Assembly (NCBI RefSeq): GCF_018977255.1
Contig: NW_024704742.1
Span: 101,248,001 to 101,312,000 of the forward strand
Origin: Callorhinchus milii
Taxonomy: Eukaryota
Length of the DNA: 64,000 nt
Direction: 5' to 3'
In this document: positions 51,960 to 64,000 of the stretch, piece by piece
How positions within the stretch are numbered: position 1 is the first letter of the stretch
How the letters are laid out: every line of letters starts with the position of its first letter
Program-made: the position numbers and the translations under genes
Notes under the pieces: generated by a model
The model's input: the letters and a program-made list of their open reading frames with translations, nothing else
The model's database searches: none
Told to the model about the DNA's origin: nothing

Positions 51960-52205
51960 CCCTGTCTGCCTGCTCAGATGGATGTTAAAGATCTCATGCC
52001 TCTATTTGAAAAGAGAAGGGAATTTCTCTTGCTGTCCTGACCAAGAATACCCCAGATAAAATTGGTCATTCACTTCATGACTGTTTGTGGGAATATTGCG
52101 GTGTGCAAATTGACTGATACATTTGTTTACAAATACACAGTCACTACATTTCACATTAAATCCTGTTTTGACAATATGATAATGCAGGGATTATTATAAA
52201 TTATC
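51960..52205 (+). mobile_element. Deu-domain SINE, 5'-truncated
   Basis: tctgcctgctcagatggatgttaaagatctcatg...ctgtttgtgggaatattgcggtgtgcaaattg. Confidence 0.7.
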
Positions 52206-53039
52206 ATTGCACTTTCTTCAGTCTTTAGCATTTTTAAATATGTCCATAGGTTTGAGCATCTATTTCACAATGATTCACAGCTGAAGCATTTTGATGGGTC
52301 CCAGTTATGAGTGTTCCTGCTTTGCTTCCAAAATATACTACGGGGAAGCTTCATTACAATCCAATGGGTTGGGCTCAATATCTGAACTGATGGCCAGTGC
52401 ACAAAGTCAGTGAGTCAGTGCTGGAAGCTTAGTGTACCAGTTAGCATGGATACACAGTAGACTTACAAGTATAAGTCAGACAACCTGACAGAAGGGCAGT
52501 GTATTGTTTAGTTTAATATATAGCTCCATTAAAACATGCAGTTTGGTCTGAATGACTCATGGTATGCACTGTATCTTTTCTTTAGTCATCATTTTCCATT
52601 CTTCTTTCAGTGGGCTATAAGCATAATCGTTTGCACAGATCAAGTGACTCATCATTACCCCTTGTCAGAGAAGTAACTTTGAACAATTTCAACTGTTTTC
52701 CTGTTTGTGACTCAGCTTACTGTCAGTGTAAAGCAATAGTACATTACAATGGCATTAGCAGCTCCACAGTAAATGTAGATGGTTAACACCCAACAGTTCA
52801 AACATAGGCAATCTGAACATAGAAGCTATAATCACTGTCCCTCTCTATCTCTCTCTCTCCCTCCCCCTCCCGCCACCCCCTCTAGAATTCGGGGTTCAAA
52901 CATAAAAAATCACAACTGTTCATACAGTGTCCACAAACATGCCTTTGTTTACCTGGTGGTAAGTAGCAACCCAGTTGTGAATCGATTAGCGGATCGCTTT
53001 ATGAAGTAAAAATCCCCCCCCCCAAAGAAATCAGTCACT

Positions 53040-53210
53040 CAATCCACGACTGTTTGTGGGACACTGCTGTGTCCAATTGGCTGCCATGTTTCATCCACAA
53101 AATACACAGTCAATACACTTAACAATATATTCTGTGAAGCGCTTTGAGACGTCTCAACAACATGATAAGGCGCTTTATCAAATGTAAGGATTATTTTGAT
53201 TATCATTATT
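53040..53210 (+). mobile_element. SINE 3' fragment
   Basis: aatccacgactgtttgtgggacactgctgtg...gaagcgctttgagacgtctc tail. Confidence 0.8.
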
Positions 53211-53321
53211 TCTGTGTTAGCCACACTCAGAACAAGAAGCGTAGAAATTTATAGCATAGTAAAAGGCTGTGTGAATCATTGTGCCTGTGCTACCTCTTTG
53301 AAGGAGCAATCCATTCATTTT

Positions 53322-54466
53322 CAACAACAACAAGATTCCATTTATAGAGCTCCTTTCACGTCGGGAGGACGTCCCAAGGTGCTGGACAGTTGGGTCATGA
53401 CCCGAACAGGTGAGGGGAGGGAAGGGAGGGAGCAAGAGAGGGGAGCTGAAGGCACGGTCAAAGAGAAAGGTCTTGAGACCGGCCTTGAAGGAGGAAAGGG
53501 AGGAGGCGGCGAAGGCACTGGGGGATAGAGTTCCAGAGCCTGGGGGCTGAGAGGCTGAAGGCCCGCCACCTATGGAAGGGCGGTTGGGGCGGGGGATGTG
53601 GAGCAGACCGGAGCCAAAGGAACGGAGGATACGGGCAGGTAGATAGGGGGATAGTAAGTCGTAGAGGTAGGAGGGAGCAAGGCCGTGAATGGCCTTGTAG
53701 GCGAGGATGAGGATCTTGAATTCGATCCTCTGGGGGATGGGGAGCCAGTGGAGGCGAGCGAGGGTGGGAGTGATGTGGTCCCGAAGCCTGGTGCGGGACA
53801 GTACACGAGGTGCAGAGTTCTGAATGACCTGCAGCTTGTGGAGGGAGGTGCCAGGAAGGCCGGAGAGGAGAGAGTTCCCATAGTCCAGCCTTGAGGTGAT
53901 AAAGGCATGGACCAGAGTTTCAGCAGCGTGAGGGGTGAGGTAGTGCCGTAGTCTGGCGATGTTTCGGAAGTGATGGAAGGGGGTGCCAGTTAGGGCGCGG
54001 ATGTGGGGAAGAAAGGACAACTCAGGGTCGAACAGAACCCCGAGGTTCCTGACTGGTTTTGAGAGGTGAGGAGTGCAGCCTTGGAGGCTGATGCAGTCAG
54101 CGCCTGAGGTGCGGAGACGCTGACGTGAGCCAATCAGGAGGGCCTCAGTTTTACGTACGTTGAGCTGAAGAAAGTTGTCTCTCGTCCAGGACTCGATATC
54201 AGACAGGCAGCTGTCAGGACATCGGTGGTCGTGGAGTTGAGGGTAGAGGAGGAAAGGTAGAGTTGGGTGTCATCCGCATACATGTGGAAGTTAACCCCAT
54301 GTTTGTGGATGATGTCACCAAGGGGGAGCATATAGAGGGTGAAGAGGAGGGGACCGAGGACAGAGCCCTGAGGGACACCGCACGAGACAGTGCGGGGGCT
54401 GGAGGAAAAGCAGTTTGTAGAAACAAAATGAAGACGGTGGGAGAGGTACGAACTAAACCACTCAAG
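53322..54466 (-). mobile_element. Young L2 copy, 5'-truncated (1.14 kb)
   Basis: [11 protein letters not shown]...[13 protein letters not shown]...MYADDTQLY...FKAGLKTFLF, with a (ttg)n tail. Confidence 0.95.
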
Positions 54467-54904
54467 GTTGTGCTTTTTCCCCATTTCCCTGTAAATGCCT
54501 CTTTAGATATCCCGAATCATGGAAAGAAAAGAGAAACTGCAAAACTACAGCTAATCAAAGCATAGTACTATCTGATATGGATTTGGTATGAACTGTAGGA
54601 TTAAAGTTAAAATTTCAATCTGACTTTGTTGAATTGGAATCTGAGAAAGCATATTTTTAGTGCAACATTTTTAGAATAAAAGTAAGAATTTTTTTTACAC
54701 GCTGAAAGAATTGAATAATGAAATTGAGACAAAAACAATAGATTGACATCTGGTGATGAGTTGCAACCATTCCTTCCTCCTCCACTGTGAGACAGATACC
54801 AATACCCAGGATCCAGAAATCAGTTTCAAGATAAGGCTTACTACCCTCCTCTTCCACTTCAGGGTTGGCCCACAGGCCGTTCCACTGCTTACCCTTCTCT
54901 CCTC

Positions 54905-55050
54905 ACAGTCTGGGCTGACACTCCAATACAGTGTTGGAGGAGTGCTGCATTGTTGAAGGTACCGTCCTTCAGATGAGACATTAAATTAAGGTCCTGCTGC
55001 TAACTCAGGTGGACATTAAAGATCTCATGACACTATTCGACAAGAGAAGG
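54905..55050 (+). mobile_element. Deu-domain SINE core fragment
   Basis: gtgctgcattgttgaaggtaccgtccttcagatgagacattaaa. Confidence 0.7.
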
Positions 55051-55224
55051 CAGGTACAAGGAACTCCTTATGAGCTACCTGTTGGGCACCACAGCTCAGC
55101 ATGAAATGCATGAGAGCATTGCCACCACAGTGACCACAGTTCAGATGCACATCCCTTCACATTGAATGATGGTTTCACCAGTTGGAGGTGCAGAGCTTGA
55201 GCAGCAGCAGCTGTTTAATTCCAT

Positions 55225-55562
55225 CCATAAGAACAGGAGTAGTCCATTCAGCCACTTGAACCTGTTCCGCCATTCTATTCTGTTCAGCCATTCATGGCTG
55301 ATCTGTACGTCCAACTCCAATTACACGCCTTTGCCCCATATCCCTTGATACCCCTACCTAACAAAAATCTATCCATCTCAGTCTTGAAAATTTTAGTGGA
55401 TCCAGCATTCCACAGCCTTTAGGTGGGGAGAGTTCCAGATTTCCCCTAGCCTTTGGGTGAAAAAAATGTTTTCTGATTTCACTCCTAAATGGCCTAGCTC
55501 TAATTTTGAGATTATACCCCCTTGTTCTGGACTCCCCACCAGAGGACATAGTTTCTCTCATT
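55225..55562 (-). mobile_element. CR1 3' end, relatively well preserved
   Basis: GESRTRGYNLKIRARPFRSEIRKHFF, with the same tail type as 18365-18561. Confidence 0.88.
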
Positions 55563-56529
55563 CCAACACAAGGAAATTTCCATCAGTATCTTATGTAATT
55601 GATAGTTATTTTTAATTGTGCTTAAAACATCGCAAAGGATTTTACACGTAATTACTGTCAAGTGCATCAATTGTTTTTATCGCCAGATTTGTGCACAGCA
55701 AAGTCCAGCAGATGGCCATAAGGTTCATGGGCACTTGTTCAAGGTACCAGATGGTTGCTGGCATCCATAGAACCAAACTTCAGAATGAATCATCATCTTA
55801 AAGAGAGAACAGAGGAGAAAATTGAAGAGAAAGGTTGCAGTAAAGAGAGCATCTACAGGATAATGTCTTGCCCTTGAGTTAAATTTTGGAGGGTGTTATT
55901 GACCTCAAAGTGTGTTTGGGAATCTTTTGCATTGTGCAGCATTCGAGGGTTTAGCCAAAGAGGCCTGTAGTTAGGATTCTAGATCTGGAACCTGATCTGT
56001 ATGATGGTGCCACGGGGTTCATTTCTATTCCATTAGGATTTTTCCCACAAAGATGAAAGAGAATTATCAAGGCTGGTAAAACATTCTCTGATCAGAGAGG
56101 AGAGCAAGGGTTAATGGGTGTAAGGAAAGAATGCAGATTATCTTGTTCGTATCGTTACATGTTTCTTTCTTTCTTCAGAGCTGAGACACCTTGTTGTTTG
56201 AGAGTGTCCCAGATGGATTCACTGTTACACTAGCTGTAGAAGGTAATCTTATCCTTGTTTTAGTATTGCAAGGCAGTTGAGAGGATTAGGGATGTAATCA
56301 GCCAACAAATCATCTTAAAACAATGGCGGTACTGTCTAATTTACTGTAGCATTTTCAGTGAAGCTCAAAGGCATATTTTTAGAAATGTTGTATTTTCCAT
56401 TTTACTTTTCATTAGAAAAAGAAAACCCCACCCATCCTGCATGAATGTTAATTATCTGTCATCTAATCCACATTTCTTCCATGCTTTGTGGTTTCTTTTC
56501 TAATCCTCTCTGTGTTAAATACAAAACAG

Positions 56530-56810
56530 TTTCCTGCCCAACAATCCCCCAGATACAATTGATGATTCACTCGGTGGCTGTTTTTTGTGTGTTGCTGAAT
56601 GCAAATTGGCTGCGGGATTTTCCTCCAAATACACAATCATTACACTTTACAGTAAATCCTTAAAGATGTTTTTGGTAACTATGTCAAATGCAAGGATTGT
56701 TATAATAAAATAATAATAATCATTGTGTTTGATATCAGCGTCTTTCACATTGGGTAGCTGTTGCAAAGCGTTTGACAGGATATACCTGAAGTGTAGTGTT
56801 TTGTGAGCGA
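56530..56810. mobile_element. Two SINE 3' ends joined tail-to-tail
   Basis: Plus tail ...tcaaatgcaaggattgttat abuts minus tail aataataatcattgtgtttgata.... Confidence 0.6.
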
Positions 56811-57214
56811 ACGGACAATCTTAACTATACTATCTACATTTCACACACAGATGAAGCAAATAATTCCACTTTAGTCATGTGATAATATTTAATCTTGTTA
56901 GTATAATGTGGCTACTCAAATAGTCAGTGTCACTGATCAGTAAACTTAGCAACCTAAATAACAATAGCGACAACAACTTTGCATTTATATAGTGCCTTTC
57001 ATACAAATGGGATTTGCCAAATGGTGGATGAAATGGTCTCTTTCACAGGGAAAAGGGCTTCACAGGCAAATTCTCTAAAATCTAACAATAGTGTATTTGT
57101 AGCAAATGCAGCCAATTTGCTCACAGGAACGGCCTACAGACTTCCGTGAAGTGAAAGATTAATTTATCTGAAGAATTGTTTTCTTTTCCTATAGTATTAC
57201 GAGAGCTTAAAATC

Positions 57215-57380
57215 TATTTGAGCAAGCCAACAGGATCTTGGCTTAAGGTCTCATCTAAAGGATGCAACACAAACAATGTAGCGCTCCATAAAATCAGCCT
57301 AAACTGTGATCTTAATGAATGGTTATGGCTTGAACCCATACACTTCTGATCCAGAGACAAGAGTGCTGCCAACTGAGGTA
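57215..57380 (-). mobile_element. Deu-domain SINE head
   Basis: cttgaacccatacacttctgatccagagacaagagtgctgccaactgag. Confidence 0.65.
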
Positions 57381-59092
57381 AGATGATATTCACTCTAATT
57401 AGCCCATAATAAACTATAAGCATAGGTGGTAGAACAAGAAAGTGCAAAGGGCTCTGGAAACATTCAAACAATTTCTCTAATTGTGTCTGTTAAAACACTG
57501 GCTATGTTAATTCAGCAGGTGTCACTCCATTCAGGTTGTTGGGAACTTAAGGTTATTAGAATTGAATGGATGGGCTGGCTATCCAAACACAAACACTCTG
57601 ATGAAGAGCGTAAAATCTCAGGGGCAGCCAAACTAATCTGATGCCTCTGTCCCCTAAATTCTGGAACTAAACTAGTAGCTAACACATGCTCTCTCCAACA
57701 ACTGAATACAGTAAGTACCCTTGTTAAAATAGGGAGAACAAAACTGTATATAGCACTCTAGACTTCTCTTAAGACTCATCAAGGCCATATATCATTTTAA
57801 AATCACTTCTCAATTGTGTTTGTTACATCCTGAGCTATATGATTTTTCAGTGATCAAAACAACACATTTTAGATATAACTTTTCAAATTTTCCACATAAT
57901 TCAGCAACACTGCTTTGGTCAAGCTACATAGTTTGTAAAATAGGCAGAATAATCAAAGTTATTCAAGATTTTTCTGCATAGTTCCGGGGCATTCAGAAAA
58001 TATTGGGAAAGCTATCGACCTGGCTCTAAAACATTGAACGTACCTTTTCAATTCAAAAATAAATTGCTGTAAAAATGACAGAAATTACAATCACTGCACT
58101 TTATTCAATAAAATGGGAGCCCATGCAACAGCTGATGAGCAAGTGTATTTAATTTTGTCAATTTCACAGATGCAACTGATCATTGCATGTTGATAAACAA
58201 CATGTAATTAGCTTCTGCCGTAGCATTCCTAAGCATTCAGGATGTTACAAAAGGTGGATTTAAAAGCGTTAGTTACAGAAAGTACACAAACTATATCTCC
58301 TATTAATAGCATCTGCTAATGGGCATCCAGCTGTGGGGTAGGGAACCTCAGAGTGGAGGAGGATAGATTTAGGCTCCCTGAATGCAAGTAGTTAGGACAC
58401 TCTGTGAAGGGGAAGGGAGGAGGAGGAAGTATATACGATCTGCACAATAAGTAAAGTGTTTGGCAAAAAATGATGGGAACTGTCAATTGAAACAATTTCA
58501 GGACAGTAATGTCCATATTAAGTGGCATGGTTTGAAACATTAAAACAAAGTTAAAATCCAAATGTTGTTCCTCATTTTGTACTCACCCCCTTTTCACTTC
58601 TTTTGCCCATAAAATACACAGTCAATCCACTTTACCGTATATGCTGTGAATTGCTTTGAAATGTCTCAATGACATAATAAAGTGTTATATCAAATGCAAG
58701 GATTATTATTATTGATAGGGCTGCGTTCCTCAATAATCTTCAATGTATCTGTCTGAATACATTTTCAATCCCTGAGTTTCATATACTGTTTGCAACTAAG
58801 CCTACATTCTACAACTTGTTGGATGTAAAATCATTCCATTTTGATGAAAACACAACATGCTCTTAACCTAAAACTCCCTTCAGACATCATTTACTGAAAT
58901 TGAGTGAGTGTTGCATAAGCAGGGATTCATGACCCCTGTGGTGCTATAAGTTATCACTATCACATATCGATTAGGATTAATGATTAGTTTCTAAAAATGA
59001 ATCATCCTACAGGAAGACTTTTGTTCCAGTGCACAATCCAATAATTATTTACATGCATAATTTACAGTAGGTAACTTATTGGAATCTTTAAG

Positions 59093-59193
59093 AAACATGC
59101 TGAACCAAATATGTGCATGGACAGCTGGTCTGCTTTAGGTTTACAGCTTTGTACTTTCCTTTTTCCAAGGAGAAACTTGCGTGTGACAAGCCA
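59093..59193 (+). repeat. 101-bp direct repeat, copy 1 (copy 2 at 61445-61545)
   Basis: aaacatgctgaaccaaatatgtg...gacaagcca. Ungapped, 9 mismatches by manual count. Confidence 0.95.
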
Positions 59194-61444
59194 ACAACAA
59201 CAACAACAAAATTACATTTGTATAGTGGCTTTCACGTCGGGAGGATGTCCCAAGGTGCTGGACAGACATAGTTACTGACCCGAGCTTGGGGTCGGGGTGG
59301 GGGAGGGTGGAAGGCATGGGGGGAAGGAGGGAGATCGAATCACAGTCGAAGAGAAGGGACTTCAGGTGGGTCTTGAAGGTGGCGAGGGATGGGGTGAGAC
59401 AGAGGGACTGTGGAATGGAATTCTAGAGGTTGGGTGCAGAATGGCAGAAGGCCCGCCCATCAATAGTGGGGCGAGCAAGGCGGGGACGTGAAGCAGGCTG
59501 GAGCTCGCTGAGTGGATGGAGCGAACAGGGTGGTAGGGGGTTGGGAGGTCAGAGAGGTAGTGGGGAGCAAGACTGTGGAGGGCTTTGAAGGTGACGACCA
59601 GGATCGTGAACTGTATCCTCTGTGTGATGGGAAGCCAGTAGAGTTGGGCAAGGATGGGGTGATAGGGTCACGAAGCCTCGTGTGGGAGAGGACATGGGCT
59701 GCAGAGTTCTGGATGATTTGCATCCTGTGGAGGGAGGAGTTGGGGAGGCCAACATGCAGTGAGTTTGCATAGTCGAGCCTCGATCAAATGAAGGCGTGTA
59801 TGAGGGTTTTGGCCTGCGGTGTGAGACAATGGTGGAGCCAGGTGACGTTGCGGAGGTGGAGGAAGGCAGAGTGGGTCATGACGCAGATGTGGGGTAGAAA
59901 GGATAGTTGAGGGTCAAACAAGATTCCAGAGTTCTGGACTGGCTTTGCAAGGTGGAGTGTGCAACCATGGAGGGTGATTCTGTCAGCGCCTGATGTGAGG
60001 AGGCACTGACGGGAGTCAATCAGGAGAGCCTCGGTCTTATTGACGTTCAACTGAAGTAAGTTAGCTCTCACCCAGGACTTGATGTCTGACAGACATTCTG
60101 TCAGGACAGCAGTGGTCCTGGTGTCAAGGGTGGAGGCAAAGAGGTAGAGTTGGGTGTCATCCGCATACATGTGGAAGTTGACCCCATGTCTGCAGATGAT
60201 GTCACCAAGAGGGAGCATGTAGATGTTGAAGAGGAGGGGACCAAGGACAGAACCTTGAGGAATGCCGAATGAGACGGTCCGGGAGCTAGAGGAGAAGCTG
60301 TTTGAGGAGATGAAGTGCAGGTGGTGTGAGACGTATAATCTGAACCAATCAAGGACAGCACCATGGAGGTTGAGGTGAGAGGAGAGGTGGTGGATGAGGA
60401 TAGAGTGGTCGATGGTGTTGAAAGCAGCAGAGAGGTCAAGGAGGATGAGGAGGCAGAGGGAGCCCTGGTCACAGATGGACAGAATGTCATTTGGCACTTT
60501 GACCAGGGCTGTTTCTGTGCTGTGGGCGGCATGGAAACCCGATTGGAGGGGTTTGAGAAGGGAATGGCAGGAGAGCAAAGCTGAGAAGCAACAACTCATT
60601 CCAGGACCTTGGAGAGGAAGGGGAGGTTAGAGAAGGGGCGGTAGTTAGGGAGTAGAGAAGGGTCCATGGAGGGTTTTTTAAGGATATGAGTGATGACAAC
60701 GGTTATTAAAGGGGTGTGAACAGTACCAGAGGACAGGGAGAGATTAACAATATCGGTGAGTACAGGGGTAAGGAGGTGGAGCTGGGAGGTAAGGAGAGGG
60801 GTAGGGATGGGGTCGAGGGAGCGGGTGGTGAGTTTCATACAGGTTATGGTGGTGATGAGAGAGGAGGGGGAGACAGGTTCAAAGGTGTGGACGGTGGGAT
60901 GGGTAGGGGCCAGAGTGGGAGGAGGCGATGGGGAGTGGGAAGCAGATGCAGTGGCAGAGGCAGTTGAGCGGATTCCCTCGATTTTGGATTCGAAGAAGTC
61001 CAGCATTGACTTACAGTTGGCATTTGAGGTAAGGATGGGTGAGGCGTGAGAGGGTGGGCGGAGGAGCTGGTTCATGATGGAGAAGAGGAGCCTAGGGTTG
61101 TCCTTAGCCTCTAAGATTGTTTTGGAGTAGAACAACGATTTAGCAGAGGCGAGGGCAGAATGGTAGGATTTGACATGGTCCAGCCAAATCTGCCGATGCA
61201 CAGTTAGGTTTGATTTAAGCCAGGTGCTCTCAGCAGAATGCGCCTGGGCTTTAAGGGAGTGGAGGTGGCTGGTGTACCAAGGTGATTTCCGTGAGTAGGA
61301 GATGGTCCGGGAAGAGAGGGGAGCGAGGGAATCGAGAGTGGAGGAGAGAGAACTGTGGAGAAGAGTAACCGAGGAGGATAGGTCATTGCGGGAGGACGCC
61401 CCAAGGGAAGGAGTTCAGATGACTCCAAGGCAGCAGAGAGAAAA
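59194..61444 (-). mobile_element. Longest L2 copy (2.25 kb): ORF2 linker, RT and 3' tail, frameshifted
   Basis: [74 protein letters not shown], and (ttg)n at 59194-59207. Confidence 0.96.
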
Positions 61445-61545
61445 AAACATGCTGAACCAAATATGTGTATGGACTGTTGTTCTGCTTTTGGTTTACAGCT
61501 TTGTACTTTCCTTTTTCCAAGGAGAAATTAGTGTGCGACAAGCCA
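61445..61545 (+). repeat. 101-bp direct repeat, copy 2
   Basis: Matches 59093-59193 and abuts the 5'-truncated end of the L2. Confidence 0.95.
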
Positions 61546-61722
61546 GCCTGGTTGATGGGGTTGTGAGGTACAGGGTGGGCTCCCAGACCTAAAACAGTTA
61601 ACACTCCCTGAAGAGGAACAATTGGCTTGCTTACAGTGGGGGAATGTCAGGGTTGAGGGATGCCATTTTTGGCAACACATAGAATGGGCAATCGTCAATC
61701 AGATGCATTCACTACTGCAGAA

Positions 61723-61925
61723 ATAATAATAATCTTTGCATTTGATATAGCGTTTTTCACGTCAGGAGGACATCCCAAAGCGCTTCACAGAACACACTGT
61801 AAAGTGAATTGACTGTATATTTGTGGGAAAACGCGGCAGCCAATTGCACACAGCAATGTCCCACAAACAGTCGTAGATTGAAAATGACCAATTATTATTG
61901 TTTTGGGTTTTGGAGGGGATTATTA
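61723..61925 (-). mobile_element. Young SINE, headless (5'-truncated)
   Basis: Matches the tail and body of 36051-36270. Confidence 0.9.
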
Positions 61926-62819
61926 AATGTACTGAGATATGTGTAATTTGGGGGGTTATTTCCTGCTGAAAGTATATTACAACTGTCTGCTCTATTCACA
62001 AGGAGTGATGAGAAGATTCAAAGGTTTTGAGACATCCTCCTGATGTGAAAGGTGATATATAAATGTAAATTGTAACAATCTCCAATCAGGCATACTCCAC
62101 CTTTGTGAGGAGCAACCCATAAGTAACCCAGCACTCACACAAGAGAAGTGTTCAGGTTGCAAAAGGCAAGAGAAATCACATCGCACAGCAGGCGCTATCT
62201 CTGTTGCATGCTGCACAGTATTAATAAATGATGGATCTCCAGAAAGTAATCTATTTTTGTGATTTGTTTAGTCTCCCATAAGTCAGAAGTGATAAATGTA
62301 GAGGAAAAGTAAAAGGCTTTGCTGAGCAATAGAACAACACAAATATTGGGTAGCAATGGTGATAGTCCATGGAGAGTGCCATGTTTGAAGGTCAATGAAA
62401 TGTTTGACAAGATGCTTGCGGATGTGCTGACTTCTACTGCTGAAGCTGTTCATTTTCTTATAGCTCTGTACCCTCAGACTCTCCTTGTAAAATCAGGCTT
62501 TAGTGTGCATCCCCTTGCATTTCTATAGTAAGATCATTGACATTGGTGTGCAATGCACAGCACACTAGACCAATTGTGATGACCTTTATAACAACAACAT
62601 GGATTTGTATAGTGCCCTTCACGCAGGGTAGTGTCTTGGAGTGGTTAAGAGTAGCAGAGCTTGACACCGAACATCAGAATGATCCAGGCAATGAACATCA
62701 CAGTCTAAAACACAATTGGGTAAAACCTGGACCTAAACATTTTTAGAAACATATTAAGGATCACCAATATGTGGTGCCCACTCCACTGCAGGTACGCAAG
62801 AAATAAGTTCTACTCAAGG

Positions 62820-63105
62820 TCTGAGCACTGCTACATGAAACTACCCCGCATGAGGAATGTTTCCTCGTCCCCTCCGCTCCATTATCGGCAGCCGTGCTTT
62901 CAACCACTACACCCCGAATCTCTGCATCTCTCTGTCTCAATCGCTCCACCTTGCCCTCCTTGCCTGTCTTCAGATCACATCTGAAGACTTTCCTATTTGA
63001 TCGTGCCTTCAGTCACATCCCTGTAGCTTGGCAACAAACTGTGCCTCTGTTAAACACTCTGAGATGATGCCTGTGTAAAGGACGATGTATAAGTGCAAGT
63101 TGTTG
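62820..63105 (+). mobile_element. Degenerate L2 (second family) 3' end; an opposite-strand tail lies at 62588-62720
   Basis: ctgaagactttcctatttgatcgtg (LKTFLFDR) and aagtgcaagttgttg tail. Confidence 0.7.
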
Positions 63106-63684
63106 TTTTTACCTTGAGGTGAGTAATCCTGCTTATAAATTTTAGGTCCCATTTTGGGCTCTATATTATTTGTTTGGCTAATATTATTTATTAAGGTTGA
63201 AATAGCAGGGATTTCGGGCTTCCTGAGGTTAATGAACCTTAGAGAAACTGATATTAAACACAAAAAATAGAGTCTGATTATAACGGCTTAAAGTTTTCAC
63301 AATTGGATTGCTTGACTCAGGGTAAAAATAAAATGACAGCAAGCAGATCCAAATTAGCATAAACCTCTTATATGGGTAGGGGCACCATCTTACAGTGTTC
63401 CTAAGTTTATTGTAAATGTTGCCCACTATTCAAAACAGGGGTCACAAAGAGCAATTCCTGCTTACCGAAACTGAATCATGCTAACCTATGGAACTCCGCT
63501 CCATTGCAATCTACAATCGATAGCCATGTAACCCCCATGCCTCCGATTGGCATGTCCACTTATATACATTATTGATGCTGCAGTGAAGTCAGGCTGCAAA
63601 GTTGGCAAATGAAATTGGTTACACATGTGGGCAGAAATTAACTGAGTGCTACAATGTAGAGATCTGATCTACCTAAATTTAGGA

Positions 63685-64000
63685 TTAGAGAGAGGGATAC
63701 ACACACAAAGGCAGAAAAAGTGACGCACACATATCAATCAACACCGCCAGTCAGGAAAGCGGAGCGAGACAACCATACAAACAATTAGAAAGGCAGAGAG
63801 AGCCACCACAGATGAATGACAGAGAAAGAGACACACAAAACCACACAGAGCTGCTAGATGGCAAAGAGAGAGAAAGTGATTCATACAGAGTGAAAGAAAA
63901 GACACACAAACAAAAATAGAGAGTTAGAGAGAACACACAAACACATAGTTTGAGACGACACACACACAAATAGAGAGAACCACACACATTTAGAGAGAAC
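63685..64000. repeat. Degenerate (GA)/(CA) simple repeat
   Basis: Interleaved gaga/caca runs to the end of the window. Confidence 0.8.

Noticed and set aside
57598..57625. Second hammerhead (ctgatgaagagcg...)
   Set aside because: No closing helix II or GAAA follows.
59784..61201. Novel or domesticated reverse transcriptase gene
   Set aside because: Frameshifted, 5'-truncated L2 ORF2 with a typical tail and many paralogous fragments.

Overview
Repeat-dense vertebrate genomic DNA. The repeat repertoire (L2 and CR1 LINEs, Deu-domain and tRNA-derived SINEs, a Penelope-type terminus) suggests a cartilaginous fish; this is an inference. The only host coding sequence I can support is the terminal coding exon of PRR16 (Largen) on the minus strand (28167->27448), with a splice acceptor and candidate polyA signals. 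Everything to its right is probably intron. The other ORF-track entries are LINE ORF2 remnants, their antisense frames or apparent noise. I found no new protein system. The best observations concern mobile DNA: a 2.25 kb L2 flanked by a 101-bp direct duplication; two young L2 copies sharing the same RT frameshift, suggesting a defective source mobilised in trans; a four-level nested insertion (L2>SINE>CR1>L2); a head-swapped tRNA-Ala SINE; a covarying 3' stem-loop shared by L2s and SINEs; a degenerate hammerhead-ribozyme motif; and several MITEs and palindromes. Repeat boundaries were read by eye and are approximate unless a motif is quoted. Family names come from recall, not from a database search.
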